A stretch of 64,000 nucleotides of DNA from the human T2T-CHM13v2.0 reference genome, Homo sapiens. Position 1 is the stretch's first letter. Each line of letters starts with the position of its first letter. The DNA lies in assembly GCF_009914755.1 (NCBI RefSeq), contig NC_060945.1; one strand, 5' to 3'. The notes beneath the pieces are model-generated. The model saw only the letters and a list, made by a program, of their open reading frames with translations, was not told the origin of the DNA and made no database searches. Below, in pieces: positions 41,503-55,860 of this stretch. A program made the translations under genes and the position numbers.

Positions 41503-42160
41503 AATGTGTTAACTCAGCAGGCCAGGGTTTCTTCAACCCTGCACATTCAAAGGTAAGGTTTGTTTTTAGGACTAGCTAGCCTCTGAGTTCTGGAAATAGT
41601 CTTACCGTGAAGAGTGTTTTTGTATATCTGAGGCCTTGGGTTTATGGTGAACGACTGACTTTATATGCCTGAGGCCCTGAGCCATGCTGTATTTATTTGA
41701 ACCATGTGGTATCAATTTAACCAGATAACGTTTATTCTAAGATATGATTTATGCTGAATGCCTGGTTTTGTTCTAGAGGGATCATGGAAAGGAAGCTGAA
41801 TTTGCCGAGTTTTGCCACGTGGGCATTGCATGCCTATGTGATTAACCACCAATAAAAACCTGGGACATCAAATAATAAATAAGCTGCTCTAATTGCCAAG
41901 AATTCACATGTGGTTGTATGCAGCATTACTGGGAGATTGAAGTGTATCTGCATGTGATTCTACTGTGATGGACACTTGTAAGTTTGTGCCTGGAGTCTCC
42001 TGGACTTTGCCCTGAGAATCTTTTTCCTTTGTTGATATGACTCTGCATCCTTTTGTTTTAATAAACTGTAAACATGAGTATAATTGCTTCTCTGAGTTCT
42101 GAGAGTTTTTTAAATAAATAATCAAAGCTGAAGAGCAATGGAAACCCCCACCAAAACATC
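41503..42160 (+). mobile_element. MER21-family LTR
   Basis: ttaactcagcaggcc...aaccctgcacattc, tgcctatgtgattaaccaccaataaaaacc, aataaactgtaaacatgagtataa. Confidence 0.72.
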
Positions 42161-42229
42161 TTTAAACATTTCAATTTTGTATTGAAGTAAATTTTATTTT
42201 CTTTTTTATACCTCCCATATATATTCTAT

Positions 42230-43450
42230 TTTTCCATTATTTATTTTATCCAAAATCTTTTATCTGTGATCATTTTCCTTTGAAATTTGTCTTTTGAGAT
42301 TTCTTTAGAAGGTGCTTTTGGATGATAAATTTTCTGTTATTCTTTGTCTAAAATGTCATTATTTTGACTCATTTATAAAAGGAGTTTTTGTGTTTCATAA
42401 ACCTCTAATGTATAGAAGTGTGTCTAAACTCATTGAGGATATTTTCCAAATTTTTTCCTACTTTTTATTGCTGTTGATAAGAAGTCAGTGTTGGTATTTT
42501 GACATTTAAGTTATGTGTCATTTTGTTGTGGTAGTTCTGAAGATCTTCCCTCTGTTTTATATTCTCCTTCACCTTTCATAAATGTACTTTATATTTATTT
42601 GGTAATAAATTTTGAACATATACTATGCTATAAAGATAATCTAGGCCCTTTGGTTACGTCTTGTAAATAAAATCAACAAAATCTGTTTTGAGATTATATT
42701 GTAATATAAGATACCCAAAGTAAATAGGATGTGTACCATATGTTTGAAGGTGGTAAATACGATGAGAAAAATAGATCAGGTCAGGAAGAATGAAGATGAT
42801 TGAAGGTACGGTTATGATAAAAACTTAGGTGTGCCGAGGAATGAATTCATCTTATGTATCTTGAGTGTAATGTCTTATTTCTCCTGAATCTGAGAATTTG
42901 ATGTCTTTCATTAGGGATGTCAGTAAATCTCACTAATGAATATATTAGACTCCAGTTTAATATATGATAGTCATTTTCATTCTGTCTTTCATATCACTGA
43001 ATCCTTTCTCTTTATTGTTCATTTTTATACATCTCTTAATAGTCACAGTGAATTTAACTATGTTTTACGTTATGTGGTTATTCTCACTTTAGCTATCTCT
43101 AATATATCATGAATGTGTCAGTTGTGTGTTTACTATTGTTTGAATTAAACTTTTAAATCATTTGTTTTAATTCTTACTTAATTCAAACTTGTTTGTTATA
43201 CATTCTTATAATTCCAGTATCTGGAGTTTTTCTTCATGTGATTCTTTTATCTCCCTGTTTTCCTCCTATATTCTTTTCATGCACCATCTTTCTCTGTGTG
43301 TTTTGTTTTGTTTTACTGTCAATTCCTAACTAATGGAAGTATATTTATGCAAATAATTTTAGGATAGAATTTAAATAGGGTTCCCAAAAGGATTATATAA
43401 ATTTTTTTGTACCAAGGGCCCAGGGTTATAAACAGAATGAGATCACTTTA
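42230..43450 (-). mobile_element. Ancient L1M (ME/MC-like) ORF1-region remnants, possibly with an L2 piece near 42600-42830
   Basis: T-rich degenerate L1 motifs (tgtctaaaatgtcattattttgactcatt; ttgctgttgataagaagtcag). Confidence 0.45.
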
Positions 43451-43517
43451 AATTTCTGTCTTGAGGATTTTCAAGTTACACAGGTCATATTAGTGAGAAC
43501 CCCAGAAAAGGGCATTC

Positions 43518-44321
43518 TTTTTTTTTTTATATTTCACTTTACGTCCTGGAATACACGTGCAGAACGTACAGGTTTGTTAAATAGGTATACATGTGCCGTG
43601 GTTGTTTGCTGCACCTATCAACCCGTCATCTAGGTTTTAAGCCCCACTTGCAGGTATTTGTCTTAATGCTCTCCCTCCCCTTGCCCTCCACCCCCAACAG
43701 TTCCCGGTGTGTAATGTTCCTCTCCCCGTGTCCATGTGCAGAACCTGCAGTTTTGTTACATAGGTATACATGTGCCATGGTGGTTTGCTTCACCCTTCAA
43801 CTCGTCACCTACATTAGGTATTTCTCCTAATGTTATCCTTCCCCTAGGCCCCCACCCCCTACAGCCCCTCCCTGATGATCCCCTCCCTGTGACCATGTGT
43901 TCTCATTGTTCAACTCCCACTTATGAAAACATGTGGTGTTTGGTTTTCTGTTCCTGTGTTAGTCTGCTGAGAGTGATGGCTTCCAGCTTCATCCATGTCC
44001 CTGCAAAGGACACAGACTCGTCCTTTTTTATGGCTGCATAGTATTCCATGGTGTATATGTGCCACATTTTCCTTATCCAGTCTATCATTGATGGACATTT
44101 GGGTTGGTTCCAAGTCTTTGCTATTGTAAATAGTGCTGCAATAAACATACGTGTGCCTGTGTCTTTAGAGTAGAATAATTTATAATCCTTTGAGTATATA
44201 CCCAGTAATAAGATTGCTGGCTCAAATGGTATTTCTAGTTCTAGATCCTTGAGGAATCACCATACTGTCTTCCACAATGGTTGAACTAATTTACACTCCC
44301 ACCAATAGTGTAAGAGTGTTC
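43518..44321 (-). mobile_element. 5'-truncated L1PA6/7-like 3' end with a doubled 3'UTR terminus
   Basis: ORF2 C-terminus MFIAALFTIAKTWNQPKCPSMIDWIRKMWHIYTMEYYAAIKK (43921-44148), polyT at 43518-43528, two tandem 3'UTR ends. Confidence 0.93.
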
Positions 44322-44614
44322 TCTTACTACACTTCCAATTTGGCTGGACTTTGAGCTTTGTCTCTGGTCCCCTGCTTTTTACAGTCCCAAGAAACATGGC
44401 CTCATCCTTATCAGGACCAGAGAATGCTCTCAAGGTAAAACCTTAATTTTCATAAAATTGTTGTCTTCTTGCCTGATCATTGTGACACTAAAGCAAGATT
44501 TTTTTAATGTTTCATCCAACTTTTAAGAATTATTTTAGTGGTAGGACTGAGCCAGGTTTCTAATCCACACTACTGCAGATAAAAAAATGACAAAAGGTAA
44601 CTTTCAAAAATAGA

Positions 44615-44989
<375 letters not shown>

Positions 44990-46585
44990 TTAAAGTTGTT
45001 AGCATAAGGAGCAATGAAAACTAAATTTCCCCTGGGAGTTACTCATTTTTCTGGGTTACAAATGAATGCCATATTATTTTTTGATGTTTAATGTAAAATA
45101 TTATTGACTGTAATAATCCAATATGATCTAGGATATTCAGTCTTACACAACATAGGGATACAGTATAGGTTGATGTACATCCGAAATTATAACACACTTT
45201 GTTCAAACACAATGCATATTACATTTTCCTGTAGCTCAAATCTGTGTTATCTGTATTATTAAGAGATATAAAGAGAGGATTCAAAATAATAGCTGAAGAA
45301 TTCTCACTAATTTTATGAATCTAGTAGATCAAAATGTTACTCTAACATTAATAATTTCATAATACAGACTGTGAGGCTTATATAAATCTGTTTCAAAAAA
45401 TGTATAGCATTCTTTAGCTTTCATGTTGTAAGACATTCAGAATATAATCCAAAATAAAGTTGTAATAAATTATCACATTTTAATGAGTATTTTAACATAA
45501 AATGTGAGCTTGGGATTATTATAAATCCAAAGACACATAAACTCAGTTTCTAAAAGATATGATTGAGGGGAAATCATGATTTATTATATCTTCATTTTAT
45601 CAAGAAAAGACACAGTTATTATTTATAATAAAAATGATTACAATGCACACATACTCTTTTGTGAGTTGCCACAGAATTTTCTATTACCGAAACCTGTCAA
45701 GTTCAACCCATGTCTAGAATATGTGTAAATAAAGGTTGATCTGTGATATTAGATATTATCAAATAAAAAATATTCTTATTGAAAAAAATGTGATTCCTTA
45801 TGACAACTTCAGGGCATCTTCTATTTGCCCCCTGTTATCAACAGGGGAAATTTTCTTTCCTACATTTCTCACTAATCATTTCTGACAAGTAGTTGGCAAG
45901 CTTAACTATAAAGGGTTGTCCATAGGGTTCTAGGTCAATCTTACCCTTTGGAAAGAAAGTACACATGATGTCTATGAATAAATGCCCTCCAACAAAGGAA
46001 AAGGACAATGCTTTACATAGTGTGTGCATAATCATTTTTCAACATAATTAGCTTACCTATTTGTGACATGATTTTACTGTCATTGCAGGTGTTTGACATG
46101 ACCCACTTTTTTCTTTGTGCCAAGAAATACAATGGATTTGTATTACATTAATACTTTAGATCATCTATAATATGAGTCAGGTTTGGTTAAAAAATATATA
46201 AAAATAAAAATCTCAGTTCTATTCGAAATACTAATGAAAGTATCTTACCAAAGTAAGACATTAGCAATGCATTTTCTGTTACTTGATATTTTGTGTGTTT
46301 GCTCATTTCAACAAGGGAAAGAGAATTAGAAAATTGGAAGAAAAATATTTAAGTAAGTCTTGTAAAATTAATTTATATATTAAATATCATGAAGTGTAGA
46401 AACAGAGTTAACATTTAAAATGTTTATAACTAATATGTAAATTTAATTGAAAGCCAACTGATTGCTCTGAATTTTTATGAGGAATAATCGCAATTGTACA
46501 GAAAATAACTGACACCAAAAGTATCTACATTTTCACATTTAAATGCAAGTGACTTTTTGTTCATTCATTCAAAAATTATGGATTA

Positions 46586-46930
46586 TTATACTTTAGCTTA
46601 AATGTTTGTCTCCCCTCTAAAAGCCATTTTGAAACTTAATCCTCAATGCAATAGTATTAAGAAGTCAGGCCTTTAGGAGTAATTAGGCCATGAGGACTCT
46701 GTACTCATAGATGGGATTAGTGCATTACAAAAGGGCTGAAGGGAACTAGCTATTGTAAGGACACAGCATTCAAGTTACCATTTTAGAAGCAGAAACTGGG
46801 ACCTCACTTGGTGCCAAAACTGCCAGAACCATGGTTTTGAACTTTTCAGCCTCCTGGACTGTGAGAAACAAGTTTCTGTTCTTATCAGTCTCAGCTATTT
46901 TGTTACAGAAGCACAAGCGAACTGAGACCT
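46586..46930 (+). mobile_element. MSTC/MSTD-like solo LTR
   Basis: aaatgtttgtctcccctctaaaa...gaaacttaatcctcaatgc...cagcctcctggactgtgagaaacaagtttctg...ctgagac. Confidence 0.8.
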
Positions 46931-48540
46931 GAGATGGGAATGTTTATGTGCTAGGTATGGAGCTAATTTCTGAATAAATAAAGATGAATACATTCTATGA
47001 CCTCATCATCTAGTGCCTGTTACAGTGACACAGTGGATATTTTTTCTTGCCTTCTTATTACTCATTTTTGCTCTCCTCACTAAATATTGAGGAAAACATG
47101 AATGCATCATCAGTTTTTCCACTGATACAACTGTTTAAGAAGTACATATGACATTATATTTTTTCTTTCTGTATTCTGTAGACTTACCTGTAAAGTCTAA
47201 GGCTAACATTGACTTTATGCTAATTAGTACTGTGTTCATTTCAGATGTGTAATATGCCTTGTACAAATATAAATAGATAAAACATTAAAGGTGCTACTAC
47301 TCAAAACACACAGGGAATAAAATATTCTATTTGAAACATCAACATAGAGTTTACAATGAGGGAAATTTTTATTCATTAGTTTAAATGGGGCAAAATACAA
47401 TAAATATTATTTGGTTAAAATAGAGAAAGTTAAGTGGAAAGATGAAATGATGAAGAGCCCAGAGAAAACTGTTCAGTTTGAATACAAATTGGGAAATTAA
47501 CACCTAACCTGCCTAGGTAGAATTTCATAGCATTAACTAAAATAATTACTTAAACTTACAAGATTTATTAGAAAAATATGAATAGAAAAATAAAATGCAT
47601 TGTTGCATTTTATGTAATTTTACTTGAAGTTAGTTGATAACATGTACATAGATTAAGTTGATTTAAATATTTTATGTACAAAAAACTATATTGTTGAAGA
47701 TTCTAACAGCTTAAAACTAAAATACAAGATAAACATTTACTTTACAAAAAGAGTAAATAAGATGAAGAATTTGAAAGAATTTAAGAATTAATTTCAGTTT
47801 CTTTTCCAAAATGTATGTGGTTAGCTTACAATGCTTTTACAATCTGTTATTTTATGAGTATGAATATTGATTTTATTATTACCTAAACATGTATTATTTT
47901 TAAAATATGGCAAAAGAATTAAAGTTCTATAGTTTGACAAAGCTGTAAAGCGGATCAATCCTTTGACAGCTTAATGAATAAAGCATGCATGTAGTTGACA
48001 CTAATTCATTTAATAAACATTTGTAGAACATATATGTGTAAGAAACTGTGCAAAGGAGATGAATGGCACATTAAAACAAGAAGACAAGTTTCCAGATACT
48101 AAGGAGTTTATGTAACTGTAAGGTACATAAAACAATACAAATGAAAAGGCTAAAATAAATCAGAAAATGAAGGGAAGAAAACAAATATCCATATTAAGTA
48201 TACATAATATCTCAAATATTCTTTAAGATGTCTTAAATAGATTTTAATATTTAATCCTAGTGACAGGATAATCAGATTTATTACAGATGATATAATTGAG
48301 GCTAATACAAATCTGTTGACTTTAAATTTTCAAAGTCTTCCTGAATTATTTGACTGTATAATATTTTGGTAAACATAAATAAGTGGATACTAATGCATTG
48401 AAACAGAAACAGAATACTGTTCAAGAAATAGAAAAAAATGAAACAATAGAAAAGATCGAATTTGTAGTATGACTACAATTTAAGATTTAATAAAGACAAA
48501 AATAGAAACCAATATGTAGTTAGGAGGATAGAAAAAAGTA

Positions 48541-48873
48541 CAGTGGACCCTCCATATCCATAGGTTCTGCATGTGTGGATTCAACCACCCATGGAACAAA
48601 AATATTTGGAAAAACATTTATGAAAAAGTGAACACATATGGAATTCTGCCTTGTCATTATCCCCTAAAGAACACACTATAACTACCTACATAGCATTTAC
48701 ATTGTACTTGGTATCATAAGAAATCTAGAGATGATTTAAAGTATGTGACAGTGTGGATGTAGGTGTATAAAATACTATTATACATCATTTTATGGAAGGG
48801 TCTTGAGCATCTGTAGATTGTTTTGTCTGAGGGTTCCTAGAACCAGTACCCCACAAATACAGAGGAACAACTG
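48541..48873 (-). mobile_element. MER2 (TcMar-Tigger)
   Basis: TA|cagtggaccctccatatcc...tacagaggaacaactg|TA inverted ends; internal tacatagcatttacattgta and aatctagagatgatttaaagtat. Confidence 0.9.
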
Positions 48874-49220
48874 TAATGAGTTCCTAGTAAACTAGGCTGA
48901 AGTATTATAACTGTACACAAAATAATTTAAGGCAGAATGATTAAATAATATATAGCAGTATGTATAAGAAGTGAAGATAATTGAAAATTAAATTGATAGG
49001 AAAGACATGACAAATGTAATGAAATCAATGGAAAAGTTAAAACTTTAGCAAGATGTACAAGCAAGGATTGGGTAGATTTCATCCGAAAGACATAATTTCT
49101 AATGACAAAGTACTTTAATAGTCTAGCCTAATATTTTATTGTATCTTAAAACTTCCCTCTGGCTCATTCTGGTCTGATCACACCAGCTTTCTTATGGCTT
49201 CTTTTATCTGCCAAGAATTA

Positions 49221-49462
49221 TGCTCTGGTCTAATTGACCTCCCCAAATTTGTATATTAAAATTCTCACCACCAAGGTGATAATATTAAAAAATGGGCAAT
49301 TTGGTAGGTGACTAGATCATGGGAGTGGAGCCCTTATGAAAGGTGCCAGAGAGACACCTCCCTCTTCCACCATGTGAGGTTAGACTGAGAAATACATCTC
49401 TGTGGTTTATAAGCTGCTCAGTCTATGGCATTTTGTTATAGCAGCCCATGCTAATGAATACA
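49221..49462 (+). mobile_element. MLT1A-type LTR, internally deleted
   Basis: tgctctggtctaa...cttccaccatgtgagg...tttataagctgctcagtctatggcattttgttatagcagcc. Confidence 0.78.
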
Positions 49463-50438
49463 GATGACCGTGTGTCTGCAGACCTTCCTAGGAAATTATT
49501 GAGTCCTTCATTGAATACTAAACTGTGAATACATGAGAGAAAATAACTGAAGCCTGGGGTAAAATGCCAACACAAAGTGTTTGAAGAACAATTCTCAAAG
49601 CTCAGAAAGCTCTGCAAATATTATTGTTGCCACAAACCAAAGTAGAAGACAGGGTAATATATGAGCTATTAGGTAGAATCTTTGGAAGAATCCTGCTTTT
49701 GTGATGGAACTCACTCATTCCTAAACCTAAAGCAACTCTACATCTTCTCTAAGAAAATTTTATAGCAATCTCTAAAAGCATCAAACTGATTCCAAATAAT
49801 TTAACTGTGTTTGAGAACAAAATACAAATATACAAAAGGAATTCAACAAAATCCGTCACATAACAATATAGAATTCACAATATCTGGTTTTGATGAACAT
49901 AATAATTAGTGTTGAAACATGTTAATTCAGGTGTTAAAAATATGCTTTATTTTTTCAAATAAGATGGGAAAATATGTATATTGTGAGAAAATAAAAATGG
50001 AAGAAATAAAAACAAGCAGACTCCTAAAACAGAAAAAATAAGTATATTAGATTAAAAATGTATGAATAAATTTAACAGCACTTTAACCATTGTAGAAAAA
50101 ATACCAGTGATTTTGATAATATAACAATATAAACTATCCAAAACAGAAAACATAGACACATTTGAAAAAACAACCACACTGTGTTGGACAATATCAAGCA
50201 GCATAATACAAGAAGAGATGGAGTCCCAGAAGAACACTGAGTGGATGTATGTGTGTGAGTATGTGGTAGGGAAGAACAAAACCAAAAATTCAAAGAAATG
50301 ATTGCCAAAATGTTATTAGAATCACAAATAAAGACAAAATGGCAAGGTAAACTATTGTCTAATTTCTGAAAATCAGTGATAAAGTGAAAAATCTTAAAAG
50401 GCATCAGAGATGAAAAAATAATCCACATCAAAAGAAAT

Positions 50439-50464
50439 ACACACACACACACACACACACACAA
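50439..50464. repeat. (CA)n microsatellite
   Basis: About 12-13 CA units. Confidence 0.92.
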
Positions 50465-50988
50465 ATATGGGTAACTTTCTTCAGAAACTATGAAAGCTTG
50501 GAGACAATGGAGCAATCATAAATAACTAAATAAGAAAAAACAGCTTTATCTACATTTTTATAACAAGTAGAAAATTTTAAGCACTAAAGTAAAATAGGGT
50601 TCGTTTATTTTTAGAAAATTAAAAATAGGTTTGGAACTAGGGTAAAGTAAATGACACAACTAGGTCCGAAAACCTAAAGAGCTACTCACTTTCAGAGTTA
50701 TATATTTGAGATCGAGAGTGCAAAACTTGTGTCTTGTGTGACCCGAGAGAGTGCCTCATTAAGTTTTTCACCAGAGGTAATTTGCTCATCTCAACGTTGT
50801 CTCAGCACTGAACAAAATCTAAAGAATTTCATTGTCAGCCATCCTCCATTGTCATTTATAAGAAAGATTCCTAAGGCAGAAGTAAAATTTTATGAGATGT
50901 ATATGTGTGTCTGCAGAAAAAAACTGGCAATGTATTATACTGCATATCAAGTGATATACTATTATTTGAAAGTAGGCTGTGAAGAGTT

Positions 50989-51074
50989 AAGTATTTATAT
51001 TTTAAAACTTAAAGTAGAAGTTTTATATTTTAAACCTTAAAACAGAAGTATTTATATTTTAAACCTTAAAGCAG
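50989..51074. repeat. Three copies of a 28-29 bp AT-rich tandem repeat
   Basis: aagtatttatattttaaaacttaaagtag / aagttttatattttaaaccttaaaacag / aagtatttatattttaaaccttaaagcag. Confidence 0.88.
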
Positions 51075-51514
51075 AACCTATAAAAGAAGTACATTAGTAA
51101 ACCAATAGTAGAAATAACATAAAATAATGAAGTACATATTTAACTAATCTACAAAATGTAAAAAAAGGATAAATAATTGAACAAGGAGCATATAAGATAA
51201 ATAGAAAACATAGCAAGAAGGTATATTTAAACCTAAGCTTATTCATAATCACATTACATTACATGTAAATCATTCATATACATCAATGAAAAATCAGAAA
51301 TCCAATTCTGTCTACCAAAATTCTACTGTAAATATAAATACATAGATATCTGTGTGTGTAGTGCAAACAAAAATTTATAGAAAACTAGAGTTACTATATT
51401 AATGTCAAACTAAATATATTTCAGAACGAAATATATTACCAGTGATAGAAAATATACTCACTGATTATAAAGGGGTCAATTTATTAAGGTAACTAAACAA
51501 TATTAACACAAAGA

Positions 51515-51640
51515 AACTATACATGTTAAGGTGATGAATATCAGAATCCTGATTTGATAATTGTACATCGTATGCTTGTATGCATATGTACCCCACACAT
51601 ATGTGCAACTATTATGTATCCATAATAATTAAAAATTTTT
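51515..51640 (+). mobile_element. L1MA-type 3' end fragment
   Basis: aggtgatgaatatc...cctgatttgataatt...atgtaccccacacatatgtgcaactattatgtatccataataattaaaaatt. Confidence 0.7.
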
Positions 51641-51746
51641 TAGAAATAAAGAATTAGATAAATGTAATAGTGCCATGTGTTTATGTTAGAAAAGAAAAAA
51701 GAATCTAATCAGTTCCTAAAGCAAATTAAACCCAAACAAAACAGAA

Positions 51747-52192
51747 TGCTATTGTCTGAATGTTTGTGTCTCCTCGAATTTCCTATGTAGAAATCCTAAC
51801 TCCCAAACTTATGGTATTAGGAGATGGGGTCTTTTGGGAGGTGCTTAGATCATGAAAGTAGAGATCTGGGGCTCTTTTATAAGGGTACTAAATTAGTACT
51901 ACATTAAGGATAGTAAATGAGTAGTTTTCTTACAAAAGAGACCCCAGAGAGCTACCTTGCTCTTTCCATTATGTGAAGATGCAGAGAGAAGGAACCATCT
52001 ATGAACCAGGAAATGGGCCCTCACCAGACATCAAATTTTTGAGTGCCTTGATTTCGGACCTCTCAGCCTCCAGAACTATGAGAAGTAAATTTATAAGTTA
52101 TAAGTTTATATTATTATAAATTATAAAATTATGTTGTTTATAAGCCACAACAAAAAGGTATTTTTCTATTGCAGTCGAAATGTACTAAGGTA
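51747..52192 (+). mobile_element. MLT1A-type LTR inserted in L1M
   Basis: tgctattgtctgaatgtttgtgtc...agagaccccagagagc...gggccctcaccagaca...cagcctccagaactatgaga. Confidence 0.85.
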
Positions 52193-54869
52193 AAAAGAAA
52201 TAATAAAATACATATAAGAACAAAAATCAATAAAAATTGAAAGAACACCAAAATGGAATATCAATAAAATAAAAAGCTAATTTATTAAAAAATGAAAAAA
52301 TTCTAGCTATACTCAACAAAAAAGAGAAAAAATACTAAATACTAAAGCCAGTAATGAAAGACTGTCACTAATTATACTATAGTTATAAAATGATAGTAAG
52401 CACACAATGTTTAAACTTTATGCAAATACATTTTAAAAGTTTGGTAAACGGACACATTACTTGAGAGAAAAGAGGTTACAAAATTCACTTAAAAATAAAG
52501 AGACACCATGAATAATCCTGCATCTATTAAATACATTAAATCTATAATTTGAAACTCACACGCAAAATAATTCCAGGTCAGGAAGGTTTCACTCTTGTAT
52601 TCTCACAATGTTTAAAGAATAAATAGTAACAATTCTATGCAAAGTCTTTCAGAAATAAAAGAAGCAGCAACCCTAACAGTACATTATATGAGGTACAGAT
52701 TACCCATAAAGGAAAAAAATAGGTAGAGATTAACAGAAAACTACAGACCTACATTTTGATTTGAAAAATTTGTATAGGATTATTTTATTAAAAGTAGAAA
52801 AGCATTTGATGACATTTTACACATATTCATAATAAAGACTTACAGAAAAGTAGGCAAGAGAAACAAATTATTTCAAAAGTAATAAACATATATAAAAATA
52901 GTTAATATAGTGAAATACCAAATGGTTCCTCCTACTATAAGAAAGAATGTAAAAATATCCACTATGAACCATTCTGTTCGATACTTAGAAAACTGCAATA
53001 CAGTGCTGAGAGACATTAAGGCAGACCTAAATAAATGGAGAGATAAACCAAGTTCAATAATTTGAATGCTTTGTAGTGTTAAGAAGGTAGTTCTACTAAA
53101 TTGATTTCTAGATTAATTGCAATATCAGTCCAGATCTCAGTAGGCTTTTTATATAAATAACAAATATTTTTTCAAAATTTCTATGTAATGTTATAAAATA
53201 TTATAAATTAATATTGAAAATATTTTACATGAAAGTTCAAATTTCTGGAGCCTTTTAAGATAAGAGGACGGCAGTGTTTCTATGGTATAAATACTAAGTA
53301 TATAAAAACTGAAGACTTCTATTAATATCAGACAAAATGGGCCACAAATCAAGAAATATTTTTAGCAGGATAAAGATCAATATAATTGGTCCAATTCATC
53401 AAGAGAACCTGATAATGCAAAATGTTTTTTCACACATTAACAAACAATTCTGCATTTAAAATACTCAAGCCAAAAACTTACGGAATTGAGAAGAAAAATA
53501 TACAAATCCACAATATATTTAAAGATTTGAAAACTATTTTCTGATATTATTAAACAAGTAAATAAAAAATTTTAAAGAAAATATCTACAAATTTAATGAC
53601 ATTATAACCTAACAAGTTCTAGGATGCATGGAATATTATACTCATCACCAGCAAAAACTTATTTTATTTTCCACATGCACTAACATTCATCACATGTTAG
53701 GCAACAAATAATAAAGTTTCAACAAATTTAACAGGATTAGATCTTGGAGAGTATGTTCTCTGATCCAATAGAATTAAATTTAAAATAAAAAACAAAACCA
53801 AAACTACAATGAAATCCCCAAATATTTAGATATAATAAACTTCTAATGATGCCTTGAAGCAAATAGTAAATCAAAAGATAAATTAGAAAGTATTTTGGTC
53901 TGGATAAAAATAAAAACACTACAACTTCAGGAATCCTTTGGAGAAATACGAAGTTTTTAATGTTTGTATTAGAAAAAGGAGAAATGTCTAAAATTAATGA
54001 CACAAATGTCTACCTGAAAAAGTGAAAAGAAAACCAAATTAAACAAGAAGTAGAAAGTAAAATATAGAGAAAAACTAAAATTTCATAAAGACATAACAGA
54101 AATTCAAAAGGAAAAGATGAAATTTAAAACTGATTCTTTGATAAAAGGAATAAACTGAATTAAATTCTCGATAGTCTGAGAAAGATACAAGACAGAAATC
54201 TGTCAGCAACCACTTTCAGGAAATAAAGTGGGCAAGGTTGGGAAGATGGTGGGTGTTGTAAAGATACTACAAATATCAAAATGATAATAACTTAAATTAT
54301 AAAAACTTTATGCCAATAAATTTGATAATGGTTGAATAAATTGTATGGTTAGCAAAATAATCTTTACAATTACTCTAGAATAAATAAAATTTCTTCATAT
54401 CTTTAGATTTGTTAAAGATACTGAATTTTAATTTAATACCTTCTTAGGGGAAACAAATTCCAGACTCAGATGCCTTCACTGTTACATTTCATTCTTTTTA
54501 AATAGGTAAATGTTACAGTGATTATTACTCAAGTGTATATTCTGAGAATTTTTACAATAATTTGTTACATAGATTAATTTTTTTTCTTCAAAATACAACT
54601 AATTTACTGATTATACTTTTTAGGTCTTCTATTAACATTATTAGGAAAATTTAGAAAATTTATTCATTTATATACAAAATTAATAGACACATTAAATACT
54701 CTGTGCCACCCAATGCCCAATTCACTGAGAACATTTTACTGAATAAACAAAAAATTTTGACCCTTGATTACCTTATTGTTGGAGGTAACAAACCATAGAA
54801 GATAGACAATGTAAAAATAAATAAGTGGTTTTGACAATGGACAATAAGCAAAAATACCTGTTCACTTGT

Positions 54870-55246
54870 TGTATTGGTACATTCTCACACTGCTATAAAG
54901 AGCTGCTAGATGCTGGTTAATATATAAAGGAAAGAGGCTTAATTGACTCAGAATTCTGCAGGTCTGGGGAGGCCTCAGAAAACTTACAATCATGCCAGAA
55001 GGGGAAGCAAACCATGTCCTTCTGCACATTGTGGCAGGAAGGAAAAGTGCAGAGTGAAGGGGGTAAAAGCTTTTTATAAAACCACCAAATCTCATGAGAA
55101 CTCACTCACTATCATGAGAACAACATGGGAGAACCACCCCATGATCTAATCACCTCCCGGAGATCCCTCCCCCAACACATGGGGATTATAAATCTGATTA
55201 TAATTCAAGATGAGATTTTGTGTGGGAATGGAGCTAAATCATATCA
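54870..55246 (-). mobile_element. THE1D-like solo LTR
   Basis: Homologous along its length to the 2240-2609 LTR; tgtatt...catatca ends. Confidence 0.88.
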
Positions 55247-55512
55247 CTAGAATAGATAATATATATAATACATAAGTAAATTTTATAGTATACTAGCAGA
55301 TGGTTAATTCTACTAACAAATACAGAAAGGTAAAGGATGAAAGGGATCTCTTGCTTAAGAAAGGGATACACATTTATATGTGTTGATTTTAAGGAATCAA
55401 CAAGGAATGATTAGCAAGACTTGAAGAGAAAGGAGAAGCCATGTGAGTCTCTGGGGTGGAATGTTACAGGCAAAGATAAAAGCCAGGAAAAAGCAGACAC
55501 TTCCTATATTCC

Positions 55513-55860
55513 TGTATTCATCCATTTTTATGCTACTGATAAAGACATACCCCAGCCTGGGAAATTTACAAAAGAAAGAGGTTTAATGGACTTATGTTTC
55601 CACATGGCTGGGGAAACCTCACAATCATGGCAGATGGCCAGGAAGAGCAAGTCACATCTTACATGGATGGTGGCAGGCAAAGAGAGAGCTTGTTCAGAAA
55701 AACTCCCTCTTCTTTAACCATAAGATCTTGTGGAACTTATTCACTATCATGAGGATGGGATGGCCTGCCACCATGATTCAATTATCTCCCACCTGGTCCC
55801 TCCCACAACACATGGGAATTCAAGATGAGATGTAGGTGGGGATAAAGCCATACCATATCA
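55513..55860 (-). mobile_element. THE1B-like solo LTR
   Basis: tgtattcatcc...ctgataaagacatacc...gagcaagtcacatcttacatggatgg...ccatatca. Confidence 0.88.

Larger units (their letters stand above)
49500..54520 (+). mobile_element. Mosaic of ancient L1M (MD/MC/ME-like) 5'/ORF1/ORF2 fragments
   Basis: Strong A skew with degenerate L1 motifs (gcatcaaactgattccaaataattt; ttcttcagaaactatgaaagc; gacctaaataaatggagaga; tatgttctctgatcc; ctttatgccaataaatttgataa). Confidence 0.65.
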
